Made by a program: the position numbers and the translations under genes
Assembly (NCBI GenBank): GCA_050740695.1
Contig: JBOIDR010000002.1
Location: 3,307-67,306, forward strand
Direction: 5' to 3'
DNA length: 64,000 nt
Origin: Gammaproteobacteria bacterium
Lineage (GTDB): Bacteria > Pseudomonadota > Gammaproteobacteria > JACCXJ01
Shown: positions 1 to 10,000 of the stretch, one piece after another
How the letters are laid out: the number at the start of each line of letters is the position of its first letter
Position numbering within the stretch: position 1 is the stretch's first letter
The notes under the pieces: model-generated
The model's database searches: none
What the model was told of the DNA's origin: nothing
What the model saw: the letters and a program-made list of their open reading frames with translations, nothing else

Positions 1-710
1 AGATAGACGAGGACTATCGCAAACGCAAACAGGTATTCTCCGGCGTACAGGTGTGGGCGATCGGTCAGTTGATGGCGGTGGAGAGGTTCCTGAAATTGCT
101 GGCCAGCCCCAAGTATCGGGGCATCGGCCCGTGGCCGGAGCTGGCGTTCTATGATTGCCACGCCTGCCACCACCCGATGAGCGATCGGCGCTGGCGGCCA
201 CGCGAGCTGACCCGTGCGCTCGGGCCCGGCGTGGTGCGGCTCAACGACGCCAATTTCCTGATCCTGAGCCAGATAGCGGGCCGACTCGCCCCCGATCTCG
301 GTGAGCGCTTCAAGCGTGCCGTCGAAGACCTGCACCAGGCGACGGTAAAGGACCAGGCCTCGGTGCAGGCCGCGGCCGCCCGGCTCGGCGAGGTGACGGC
401 GAACCTGCGCGGGATCCTGGTCCAGCACAGCTTCTCCGCCGCCGACATGAAGGCGATGTTGCAAGTCATGGCGAGCCAGGGGGCCTCCGGAGAGTACAAC
501 GACTACGGGGCTGCGGAACAGGCCGTGATGGCGATGGCGTCGATCAAGGACGTGCTCGAAGAGACCGGGTCGTTGACGGCGGGCGAGAAGGCCGATCTCA
601 CGGCGCTCATGAGCAGGCTCTACGCGGTCCTCGAAGACCCCGATAAGTATCGGCCCGAGCAGCTGTCGGCGGTTCTCCAAACCCTGGCGGGTCGGACCCC
701 GAGGTCGTGA
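1..710 (+). CDS. Partial ORF, 5' end outside window. Hypothetical protein with one CxxCH (heme c-binding) motif, possibly a c-type cytochrome.
   Basis: The reading frame is open from the window start; the listed ORF begins at GTG at position 51 with no upstream stop. It contains DCHACHH (CxxCH). No other recognisable domain. Confidence 0.4.
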   Translation, partial: IDEDYRKRKQVFSGVQVWAIGQLMAVERFLKLLASPKYRGIGPWPELAFYDCHACHHPMSDRRWRPRELTRALGPGVVRLNDANFLILSQIAGRLAPDLGERFKRAVEDLHQATVKDQASVQAAAARLGEVTANLRGILVQHSFSAADMKAMLQVMASQGASGEYNDYGAAEQAVMAMASIKDVLEETGSLTAGEKADLTALMSRLYAVLEDPDKYRPEQLSAVLQTLAGRTPRS

Positions 711-776
711 CGTCTCCATGGCCATCGGGATCCGATCGGGACCTATTAGAAAACCGGCACGGCACCCGTCCCCCGC

Positions 777-3209
777 ATGGCGGCAAAAGCCTATAAGATA
801 GCGGTCATCGGTGCCGGCCCGGCGGGACTGAGCGCGGCTGCGCGGGCCGCCGAGGTCGGGGTTTCGCACGTCCTCCTGGAGGCCGCGCCACACCTCTCCA
901 ATACCATCTATCGCTATCAGAAGGGCAAGCTGGTAATGGCGGAGCCCACCGTCCTGCCCTTGCGCAGCAGCATCGGTTTCGAAGCCGGCTCGCGCGAGCG
1001 CGTGCTGTCGGTGTGGGATGAGGCCAAAGAACGGCTGCGCGTCAATGTGCGGCATGGGGCCGAGGTCGCGGTCGTCGGGGGGGCACCAGGCAACTTCAGC
1101 GTGAGCCTCACCGGCGGCGAGGTCGTGAACGCCGAGTTCGTGGTGCTGGCAACCGGCCTGCAAGGCAACTTGCGCAAGCTCGGTGTGCCCGGGGAAAACC
1201 TGCCCTTCGTGCAATATCAGCTCGACGACCCGGACGAATACGAGAACGAGACCATCGTCGTGGTCGGGGCCGGGGACTCCGCCATCGAGAACGCCGTCGC
1301 GCTGTCCGCGCACAACAAGGTTGTCGTTATCAACCGCCGTGATGATTTCGACAAGGCAAAAGAAGGCAATCGCAACGGAATCGAGCGGGCCATCCAGGAC
1401 GGCGTCATCGAGTGCCTCTATAACACCGCCCCGGTGCGGGTCGAGGCGGCCTCCGGCCGGAACGGGAAACCGGGTGTCCTGGTCGTCAAGACGGCGAGCG
1501 GCGAGGTGGCACTGGACTGCGATCGCGTCATCGCGCGCCTAGGCGCCATGCCGCCCCGGAAGTTCGTCGAGTCCTGCGGGATCGAGTTTCCCAACGATGA
1601 CCCGAACGCCGTGCCGGCCGTCAGCGCCCAATATGAATCCAATGTCCCGGGCCTTTACATCATCGGTGCGCTGGCCGGTTATCCGCTCATCAAGCAGGCC
1701 ATGAACCAAGGCTATGAGGTGGTCGAGTTCATCGACGGCCGGGCCATCGAGCCGGCCGACGAACCGGTGTTGCGCGACAAGTTCCGCGCCGTGGTCGAGA
1801 TCCGCAGCGTGGCCTCGGCCCTGGAAGTCATCAAGAAGAACGTCCCGGTCCTATCGGGCCTGACCACCTTGCAGTTGCGCGAGTTTCTGCTCGACAGCGC
1901 GATCCGGGCGCCGAAACGCGGCGAGGTCCTGTTCGAGCGCAATGATTACTCGGATAGCTTCTTTTCGATCGTGCGCGGCGGGGTCGATATCCATATCGAT
2001 CCGAACGACGCCTCCAAGCGCGTGGCTTTGACGAAAGGCGACTTTTTCGGCGAGATGGGCCTCATCTCCGGACGCCGCCGTAACGCCACGGTGACGGCGG
2101 GTGAGCGTTGCATCTTGATCGAGACACCGCGGCGTTCGATGAACAAGCTGATCAATTCGGTGGCCTCGGTCAAGGGTTTCATCGACGGCACCTTCCTGCG
2201 CCGCGCGATTCAATCGCAGATCGCGCCGGAGCTGCCCGCCGAGGCCCTGCGGGAGGTGGTGGCGAGCGCCCGCATCGAGCGCTTCGATGCCGGCAAGGTG
2301 TTGTTCAAGGAGGGCGATCCCGGGGACAGCCTGCACTTGATCCGCAAGGGCTCGGTCACCGTGGCGCGCGACATCGGGGGGCGGGAACGGGTGCTCTCCT
2401 ATGTGGCGGCCGGCAATTATATTGGAGAGATGGCGCTTTTGACCGACAGCCCCCGTTCCGCGACGGTGCGTGCGGCGATCGAAACGGAGACCATCCGGCT
2501 CGAAGGCGCGGCCTTCAAGGCCCTGCTCTCGCGTTGGCCGGATATCCAGGCCAAGATGCAGAGCAAGGCCCGGGATCTCTTGGCGGGGCAGTCGGTCAAG
2601 GTGCAAGAGACCCCCGAGGGCGCGGGCGATCTCATCTCCTTCCTGGTGAATCAAGGGGTCGGCGAAGCAACGGACGTGTTGCTCATCGACGAGACCCTGT
2701 GTGTGCGGTGCGATCACTGCGAAAAGGCCTGCGCCGAAACCCATGGCGGTACCTCGCGCCTGGACCGCGAGGCCGGACCGACCTTCGCGTACATCCATGT
2801 TCCGACCTCGTGCCGACACTGCGAGCACCCGCACTGCATGAAGGACTGCCCGCCGGATGCCCTGCGCCGGGCACCCAATGGCGAGGTCATTATCCTGGAC
2901 AGTTGCATCGGTTGCGGGAATTGCGAGACCAATTGCCCCTATGGCGTCATCCAGATGGCGGTGAAGGAAGAGCCGAAGCCCGTGAATCTCTTGTCGTGGT
3001 TCTTGTTCGGCAAAGGCAGGGCGCCCGGAGAGGAGATCTCCGCCCATCACGATGCCGGGGCAGCGAAGATAGCCACCAAGTGCGATATGTGTAAGGACCT
3101 GGCCGGGGGTCCCGCCTGCGTGCGGGCCTGTCCCACGGGCGCGGCGATACGCGTGAGCCCGGAACAGTTCCTGACGGTGACGCGCGGCACGACTCTCGAC
3201 AGGTCCTAG
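777..3209 (+). CDS. Multidomain redox protein. It has an N-terminal FAD/NAD(P)-binding pyridine nucleotide-disulfide oxidoreductase domain, two cyclic-nucleotide-binding (cNMP/CAP-like) domains, and C-terminal tandem 4Fe-4S ferredoxin-type dicluster domains.
   Basis: A GxGxxG Rossmann motif (VIGAGPAGLSAA) near the N-terminus, with a second dinucleotide motif VVGAGDSAIE. Two cNMP-binding signatures: FGEMGLISGRRRNATVTA and GEMALLTDSPRSATVRA. Four Cys clusters of CxxCxxCxxxC(P) type: CVRCDHCEKAC, CRHCEHPHCMKDCP, CIGCGNCETNCP, and CDMCKD...CVRACP. Confidence 0.7.
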   Translation: MAAKAYKIAVIGAGPAGLSAAARAAEVGVSHVLLEAAPHLSNTIYRYQKGKLVMAEPTVLPLRSSIGFEAGSRERVLSVWDEAKERLRVNVRHGAEVAVVGGAPGNFSVSLTGGEVVNAEFVVLATGLQGNLRKLGVPGENLPFVQYQLDDPDEYENETIVVVGAGDSAIENAVALSAHNKVVVINRRDDFDKAKEGNRNGIERAIQDGVIECLYNTAPVRVEAASGRNGKPGVLVVKTASGEVALDCDRVIARLGAMPPRKFVESCGIEFPNDDPNAVPAVSAQYESNVPGLYIIGALAGYPLIKQAMNQGYEVVEFIDGRAIEPADEPVLRDKFRAVVEIRSVASALEVIKKNVPVLSGLTTLQLREFLLDSAIRAPKRGEVLFERNDYSDSFFSIVRGGVDIHIDPNDASKRVALTKGDFFGEMGLISGRRRNATVTAGERCILIETPRRSMNKLINSVASVKGFIDGTFLRRAIQSQIAPELPAEALREVVASARIERFDAGKVLFKEGDPGDSLHLIRKGSVTVARDIGGRERVLSYVAAGNYIGEMALLTDSPRSATVRAAIETETIRLEGAAFKALLSRWPDIQAKMQSKARDLLAGQSVKVQETPEGAGDLISFLVNQGVGEATDVLLIDETLCVRCDHCEKACAETHGGTSRLDREAGPTFAYIHVPTSCRHCEHPHCMKDCPPDALRRAPNGEVIILDSCIGCGNCETNCPYGVIQMAVKEEPKPVNLLSWFLFGKGRAPGEEISAHHDAGAAKIATKCDMCKDLAGGPACVRACPTGAAIRVSPEQFLTVTRGTTLDRS

Positions 3210-3229
3210 GGACGAGCGGGGGACGAGCG

Positions 3230-4150
3230 GTGCACGAGTCGTTTCTGGCTTACCGCAAGTTCTTGTATCTCAAGCTCGGCTTGGGGCTCATCGTGCTCTC
3301 GATCCTGGCCTACGCGCTGCACGATCCGCCCCACGGCCCGAACGGGGGGACGTGGCTGGGCTATACCCTGGGCACCATCGGTGCCGGTCTCATTATCTGG
3401 CTGCTCTGGTACGGGGTCCGCAAGCGCCAGTATCACTCGAAGCTCGGCCAGGTGTCCGGGTGGCTGTCGGGCCATGTGTATCTCGGGTCGGCACTCTTGG
3501 TCGTCGCCACCCTGCATGCTGCATTCAAATTTGGCTGGAACGTGCATACCTTGAGTTACGTGCTCATGATCATGGTCATCGTGAGCGGTGCCTACGGGAT
3601 TTTTACCTATGTCCGGTATCCCACGCGCCTGACGGACAACAAGGGCGGCATGGCGATCGACGCCATGCTGAAGGAGATCGGCGATCTGGACGGGCAATGC
3701 CTCCGGATCGCGGCGGAGATGGGTGACAAGGTCCATCAGATGATCCTGCGCTCCATCGAACGCACTTCTTTCGGAAGGACTCCGTGGCGCGATGCGATGG
3801 GCGGTGTGGGCCAGGGGCTCGAGGACCTCGCCCGTGAGATCAAGTCCATCGCCGGTGACGCCCCGACACAGGCGCCGCTGCCGGCCGCCGCCGCGCCGGC
3901 CGCGGCCGGCGAGTCCACGGTGTACTTCGTGGCCGATCAATTCGCCAGTCTCCGCGACCGCGCCCAGGCCGCGCTGGGCCACCGCCTGCTCGACCTCATC
4001 ACCAGCAAAAAGGCCCTGGTGATCCGGGTGCAGCGCGATATCGTCTACCGCAAATTACTCAATTCCTGGCTTTATCTCCACCTGCCCTTGTCTATTGCGC
4101 TGCTCGCGGCCCTGACCGTTCACGTGGTCACGGTCTTCTTCTACTGGTAA
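3230..4150 (+). CDS. Integral membrane protein, hypothetical, with about six predicted TM helices.
   Basis: Several long hydrophobic stretches (LGLGLIVLSILAYAL, IGAGLIIWLLWYGV, ALLVVATL, LMIMVIVSGAYGIF, LPLSIALLAALTVHVV). GTG start 20 nt after the upstream stop. Same strand and tightly packed with its neighbours. Confidence 0.5.
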   Translation: MHESFLAYRKFLYLKLGLGLIVLSILAYALHDPPHGPNGGTWLGYTLGTIGAGLIIWLLWYGVRKRQYHSKLGQVSGWLSGHVYLGSALLVVATLHAAFKFGWNVHTLSYVLMIMVIVSGAYGIFTYVRYPTRLTDNKGGMAIDAMLKEIGDLDGQCLRIAAEMGDKVHQMILRSIERTSFGRTPWRDAMGGVGQGLEDLAREIKSIAGDAPTQAPLPAAAAPAAAGESTVYFVADQFASLRDRAQAALGHRLLDLITSKKALVIRVQRDIVYRKLLNSWLYLHLPLSIALLAALTVHVVTVFFYW

Positions 4151-4159
4151 GCGCCGTCG

Positions 4160-6046
4160 ATGCGTTGCCTGTTACGCGCCGTCGTCCGGAGGAGTCGAGG
4201 TGTCGTCTCCCATCAGGACCGAGGGTTCGAAGGCGAGCATCTCACCATCGGGCGGTCGACGGACCAGGACCTGGAGCTTCCGGACCTGCGCGTGGCCCTG
4301 CACCATGCCACGGTGGTCGCGGCGGGCGCCGGCCGTTTCGTGATCCAGTCGGCGGTGCCCTCCGGGATCCGTCACAACGACGAGCCCGTCCAATCCGCCT
4401 TCCTGGAAGTGGGCGATCAGGTGAGCATCGGCGATCACCGCATCACCGTGCGGCCTCCGGAGGGCGCTCATGAGCTCTGCCTGGAGATCGCGCAGGTGCG
4501 TGCCGATCCCGGCCAGGAGGTCGAGAAGCGCGTCGCGTCGGCCTCGGGCAGCGGCCCGGAAAAGGGCCTGCGCCTGGGCGTGCGCGGCTGGTCCTGGATC
4601 CTCGGCATGGCGATCCTCACGCTGTTCTTCGTCGTGCCGCTCGTCGCTCGCCAGTCGGAGGCGATCCAGGGGTTCCTGCGCGGGGTCATCCCTGGCGTGA
4701 GCGATCACGCGTGGAGCACCGGGGGGCTCACGGAGGGCCATCGGTATTTCGGCGACGACTGCAACAAGTGCCACGAACGGGCCTTCGTCTCGGTACGCGC
4801 GAGCGCCTGCGTCGAATGCCACAAGGACCAGCCGCATCACTTCGATGTCGAGCGTTTCAAGGTCCCGGCCCTCGCCGACAAGCAATGCGCCGCTTGCCAT
4901 AAAGAGCACGGCGGGGCGCCGGCCCTGACCCGGCAGGACGAGGGCCTGTGTCTCGACTGCCACCGCGATATGCAGGAGACGGCGGCGGATTCGAAGCTCC
5001 TGGACATCCGCGGGGGCTTCGCGGAGGACCACCCGGAGTTTCGCGCCACCTTCGTCACCCACACGGACGGAAAAGACCGGTCCGAGCGCATCGAAATCGA
5101 CCGGCGCATTGTCCCGAAGGAGCGCTCCAACCTGTTCTTCCCCCACAAGACCCATCTCGACAAGACCGGGGTCCAGGGGCCCGATGGCAAGGTGGTGCTG
5201 AGCTGCGCGAGCTGCCACGTCCCCGAACCAGGGGGACGGCTTATGGCGCCCATCCGCTTCGAGCAGCATTGCCATCGCTGCCACCAGCTCACCTTTGAGA
5301 TCGACGATCCGAAGCGCGAGGTGCCTCACGGCCATGTCGGTCGGGTGCTCGACGGCCTCGAGGCCTATTACGGCCTGCGTACCCTGGAACGGGCCGATAT
5401 CGATACCGGCGAGCCGGAGGTCCTGTCCCGGCGCCGCCCCGGGCGGCAGGCGGTCCCGCCGGAGCGCTCCGAGGGCCTGGAGAGTGCGGCGCGGCGGGCG
5501 CGGCAAGCGGGCAAGGAGCTTTTCGAGTATCGCGCCTGCGCGACCTGCCACCAGGTCGATGAGAAGGCCCAATCGGTCTTCGGGTGGGACATCGTGCCGG
5601 TGCGCATCGCCCGCACCTGGTACCCCAAGGCCGGCTTCGACCACGGCCGGCACGCCACGGTGGCCTGCGCGCGCTGCCATGGCTTCCGACCCGCCGATTG
5701 CGCCGCCTCTACATCGCCCCCCTCTACATCAAGTAGGGCGGTGGCGGATCCCGAGAAGGGCGCGGCCGATTGCAACAAGGGCGTGGCCGATTCCGAGAAG
5801 AGCGAGGATGTCCTCATCACCGGTATCGCGACCTGCCGGGAGTGCCATGGCGATCCCGGGGCAAAGGATCGGGTTCAGTCGACCTGCATCTTCTGCCACG
5901 ATTTCCATATCTCGCCGAGGTTCGCGATGGATGGCCGGGCGCGGACCAGACCGGGCGACCTAGCCCCCCCTCGGCAGGCGGCGGCGGTGCCGTCGGCCGA
6001 TCTCACGGATCTCCCGGCCGGCCAGGCGCGGATGGGGCAGCAGTGA
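4160..6046 (+). CDS. FHA-domain protein fused, through one TM helix, to a decaheme c-type cytochrome.
   Basis: The N-terminal roughly 110 aa match the FHA fold pattern (GRSTDQDLELPDLRVALHHATVV...DEPV...FLEVGDQVSIGDHRITV). There is one hydrophobic helix (WSWILGMAILTLFFVVPLVA). Ten CxxCH motifs follow: CNKCH, CVECH, CAACH, CLDCH, CASCH, CHRCH, CATCH, CARCH, CRECH, CIFCH. Confidence 0.65.
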   Translation: MRCLLRAVVRRSRGVVSHQDRGFEGEHLTIGRSTDQDLELPDLRVALHHATVVAAGAGRFVIQSAVPSGIRHNDEPVQSAFLEVGDQVSIGDHRITVRPPEGAHELCLEIAQVRADPGQEVEKRVASASGSGPEKGLRLGVRGWSWILGMAILTLFFVVPLVARQSEAIQGFLRGVIPGVSDHAWSTGGLTEGHRYFGDDCNKCHERAFVSVRASACVECHKDQPHHFDVERFKVPALADKQCAACHKEHGGAPALTRQDEGLCLDCHRDMQETAADSKLLDIRGGFAEDHPEFRATFVTHTDGKDRSERIEIDRRIVPKERSNLFFPHKTHLDKTGVQGPDGKVVLSCASCHVPEPGGRLMAPIRFEQHCHRCHQLTFEIDDPKREVPHGHVGRVLDGLEAYYGLRTLERADIDTGEPEVLSRRRPGRQAVPPERSEGLESAARRARQAGKELFEYRACATCHQVDEKAQSVFGWDIVPVRIARTWYPKAGFDHGRHATVACARCHGFRPADCAASTSPPSTSSRAVADPEKGAADCNKGVADSEKSEDVLITGIATCRECHGDPGAKDRVQSTCIFCHDFHISPRFAMDGRARTRPGDLAPPRQAAAVPSADLTDLPAGQARMGQQ

Positions 6047-6218
6047 TGGCGCCGTGTTGGCACGGAACCGGCCTTCCGGGGTATTTTCTGGTGCCGGTGA
6101 ATCTTTCGCGCTGGCGTGCTAACTTAGGGTGGGTGTCAGGGATCGAGCCGGACGGGCTCGAATGGGTTCCCGTATGGCGAATCGGCACTTGTTTCGGGTC
6201 TCGGGTCGAACTCGGTCG

Positions 6219-7013
6219 ATGAAGACTGCGGCGGATCCGCGCCTGTCGCCCGGGCTCAAGTGCCGGATAGACGCGAGTATCGCGACCGACACCGGTTGCC
6301 AGCGCGATCACAATGAGGACCACATCGACTTCTTCGCGGCCGATGACCCCGTGGTACGGAGCAGCAAGGGTGCCCTTGCGGTGGTCGCCGACGGTATGGG
6401 AGGGCACCTCGCGGGCGGTCTGGCGAGCGAACTGGCCGTCCAGGTCGCGCGCCGCACCTACTACCAGGAACCGGGAGAAGGCCGCAAGGCCCTAGAGACC
6501 GCCCTGCAGAGGGCGAACCGGGAGATCTATGAGCTGTCGCTCACGGACGAGGCCTATCATGGCATGGGGACCACGTGCACGGCGCTGGTGTTGACGGGAT
6601 CGCTCGCCCACTGCGCCCACGTCGGCGACAGCCGCCTGTATCTCATCCGCGACGGTCAGATCCGTCTGATGACGGAAGACCACTCCCTGGTTCGGGAGAT
6701 GGTCAAGGCCGGGATCCTGAGCCCCGAGCAGGCGCGCTCTCACCCCAACAGAAACGTGATCTCCAGGGCCTTGGGGGTGCGTCCCAGTGTCGATCTTTTC
6801 TTCTGGCAGGACCCCATGGAGCTCTGCGACGGCGATACCTTCGTCCTGTGTTCCGATGGCCTGCACGACCCCGTGCGCGAAGACGAGATCCTTGGTGTGT
6901 GCGTGGCAGAGGCGTCCGAGGCGGCGTGCCGGAGTCTGGTAGACCTGGCGAAACAGCGCGGCGGCCACGACAACATCAGCGTGGGGGTCTTCCGGGTGAG
7001 AGCCGAGGAGTGA
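6219..7013 (+). CDS. PP2C-family (PPM) Ser/Thr protein phosphatase.
   Basis: PPM motifs are present: DTGCQRDHNEDH, VVADGMGGH, GTTCTALV, LCSDGL, GGHDNISV. The start was chosen at MKTAADP; the ORF can also open at position 6129. Confidence 0.75.
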   Translation: MKTAADPRLSPGLKCRIDASIATDTGCQRDHNEDHIDFFAADDPVVRSSKGALAVVADGMGGHLAGGLASELAVQVARRTYYQEPGEGRKALETALQRANREIYELSLTDEAYHGMGTTCTALVLTGSLAHCAHVGDSRLYLIRDGQIRLMTEDHSLVREMVKAGILSPEQARSHPNRNVISRALGVRPSVDLFFWQDPMELCDGDTFVLCSDGLHDPVREDEILGVCVAEASEAACRSLVDLAKQRGGHDNISVGVFRVRAEE

Positions 7014-7048
7014 AAGGGCGGCGGCGCCGTGGGCCATAGATAGCCACC

Positions 7049-10000
7049 ATGATCAACGAAGTGATCGCCAACTGCTACCAGATCGTCGAGAAGATCGGCG
7101 AGGGTGGGATGGGGGAGGTGTTCCGGGGTGTGGACATCAACCTCGATCGCGATGTCGCCATCAAGGTCATGCGTACCGAGCTCGCCCGCCGGCCCGAGAT
7201 CCTCCAGCGTTTCCGCAAGGAAGCGGTCGTCCTAGCCAAGCTCAACCATTCCAATATCGCGACCCTCTACAACTTCATCCATGACGGTAACAACTATTAC
7301 ATGGTCATGGAGTTCGCGCCGGGTCAGACCCTCGACGTCCTCGTCGCGGATTGCGTCGGGGGGCTGCCGTGGCGATACGCGCTGGAGCTGTTCATGGATG
7401 CGCTCCGGGCCATCGACCACGCCCATAAGCAGGGCATCATCCACCGTGACATCAAGCCGGCCAACATGATGGTCAGCAAGCGCGATACCCTGAAGGTTCT
7501 GGACTTCGGGATCGCGCGCGTCCTGGGAGAATCCGGATTCACCAAGGCGGGCATCGTGGTCGGAACGACCAAGTACATGTCCCCCGAACAGATCCTCGGC
7601 CGCAGCATCGATACGCGTTCGGATATCTACGCGCTCGGGATCGTGCTCTACAAGATGCTCACCGGGCATGTGCCCTTCGAGGGCCTGGGTGAGTTCGAGC
7701 TCATGAAGGCGCAGGTCGAGGACCGCGCCCTGCCGGTACGCCAGATCATTCCGGATCTGCCCGAAGCGGTTGACGAGGCCATAATGCGGTCCCTGGAGAA
7801 GGCGCCGGAAGACCGATTTCAGCGGGCCTCCGAATTCATTGCCGCATTGGTGCCGATACTGCGCGACGATGTTGCCGACTGGGAGTCGCACCGCAGAGAC
7901 TTGCGCGACCAGGAGTCGGGCCCGCGTGCGCCTCGGCAGCGGGGCGGGCAGAAACGCCCGGTGGTCATCGACGGCAACCTGGCGCGCAAGCAGGCCGAGA
8001 TGCCCACTTCGAGCAGCCGCAGCGGGCTCATGGACGATGCCTATCAGCCACCTCCCCGTCAGGCCTCCCCCCGTCAGATGCCGACCCGTCAGTCCACCCC
8101 GGCCCCGAGGCTCGAGGTGGTTCGCACGCCGGTGCCGGCGAGCGCGTCCCAGGTGCCGACGCAGGCTTTGGACACGCGGGTCGCAGCGGAGATCACACCT
8201 CCGCTGCGACCACGCGTCCCGGTGACGGCCGAGGCCGGGGCCACCACGGTCGATGAGCCGTCCATCTTTGGGACCCGGGTCGGGACGAAGGTCATGGGGA
8301 CCGGGAAACCCGTCGCACCGCCCACACCCTCGTGGCGTGCCCGGATCGGTGAGGGGTTGCGGCCGGTCTTGGGATGGCTGTCGCGGCTCGGATGGCGGCG
8401 CGTCGCGGGTGCCGCGCTGGGACTCGCCGTACTGGCGGGCGTATCGCTGGGGGTCCGTGAGCTGATGCGACCTCCCGATCCTGAGGAGATCGCGCTGTGG
8501 CTCGCACAGGCGAAGCAGGCGCTGGCGGCGGGGAAGGTTGGGCCCGGAGACACGGCCGTGTCTCTGGCACAGGATGTCTTGAAATGGGTACCGGACCACG
8601 GCGAAGCGAGAGACGTCGTGCTCGCGGCGGTCGCCCGTCTCGTGAGCGCCGGCCAGTCGGCGCTCCAACAGGGCAAACTGAGCGACGCGAAAGCGCGGCT
8701 TGCCGAGGCGGAGACTTTGGTCAGGGACCCCGCGCTGGAGAACCCTAAGCTGGACAAGCGCAGTGTGGCGGCGCTCGCGGGCGGTATCGCCGCCGAGGAG
8801 TCGCGGCGCACCGCGATCGAAAGAGCAGAACGGGAGAAAGCGGAACGGGAACGCCGTATCGGCGAGCTGATCGCGGCCTCGCGGGCGGCGCTTGCGTCGG
8901 AGAAGTTCGCGGAGGCCGCGGCGCGAGCCCAGGAGGTCTTGGGCCTGGTGCCGGACCAGGCCGAGGCGCGCCAGATCCTCGACGATGCGCTCCAAGGGGC
9001 GCTCAAGGGCATGGAAGAGGCGCTCGCCCGCGGCGATCTTGCAGCGGTCGGCGCCCGTGAAGCGGAGGCGCGTGCCCTGGTGCAGCAGTACGGTCTACCC
9101 GAGGCGAAGCTCAACGACTTGGCCGCACGGCGCGCTAGAGAAGCGCAGCGACAGGCCGAGGAAGAGGAACGCCTGGCGGGGCAGAAGCGCGCCGTGGAAG
9201 AGCGGACGGCGCGTGTCCGGGGGCTGCTGGACAAGGCGCAGGCGGCCGCCGAGGCGGGCCGCTGGACGGTCCCGCCCGAGGACAGCGCCGTCGGGTATGC
9301 GGGGGCGGTCCTGGGCCTCGAACCCAAGAGCACCGAGGCCTTGCGGGTGATCGGCGATGCCGTCGATGCCGTGGTCGATGAGGCCGATGGTGCGCTCGGG
9401 GCCGGTGATATGGCAACGGCCAAGGCCCGGCGTGACGCGGCCGCGAAACTGGCCTCCACCTACCAGGTGCCGAGCCAGAGCATCGCGAAGCTGTCCGAGC
9501 GGATCACCGAGGCCGAACGTCTAGCCCGCGAGGCAGAGGACGAGGCCGCGCGCCTTGCCCGCGAGACGCAAGAGAAGAAAGCGGCGCTGGTGGCCCGCGA
9601 AGCGAAAATCGAGGATCTGATCGAAAAGGCCACTCGGGCCATCGCCCAGGACCGCTTGACGGCGCCCGCGAACGACAACGCCATGAAACACGTACGCGAT
9701 CTGGTCAGCCTGGATCCGGGGAACGTAGAGGCGCAGGGCCTTGCTGCCGGGGTGCGCGACCGTTACATTGCACTGGCCGACAAGGCCGTGGCCGATGCCC
9801 ACTTCACAAAGGCTCGTGATCTCGAGCGCCAGGCGGGCGAGATCGCCTCCGAGTTTCGCCTGAGTGCCGACCCGATCCGTGATCTCGCGGCCCGGATCGC
9901 GGCCGCCGAGGACAGCAATGCGAGCGCCGTGATCGAGTCGCGCGAAAAAGCCGAGCGCGACAGGGCGGCAGAAGAAAGGCTGACGCAGCAGAAGGCTGAG

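Noticed and set aside
1851-3050. 399-aa minus-strand ORF
   Set aside because: It is antisense to the FAD/cNMP/FeS gene, whose domains are unambiguous.
7232-9459. Long minus-strand ORFs (587 aa, 456 aa) inside the kinase gene
   Set aside because: They are antisense to a kinase with clear Hanks motifs. Their products are Ser/Ala/Arg-rich and low-complexity, typical of GC-rich antisense frames.
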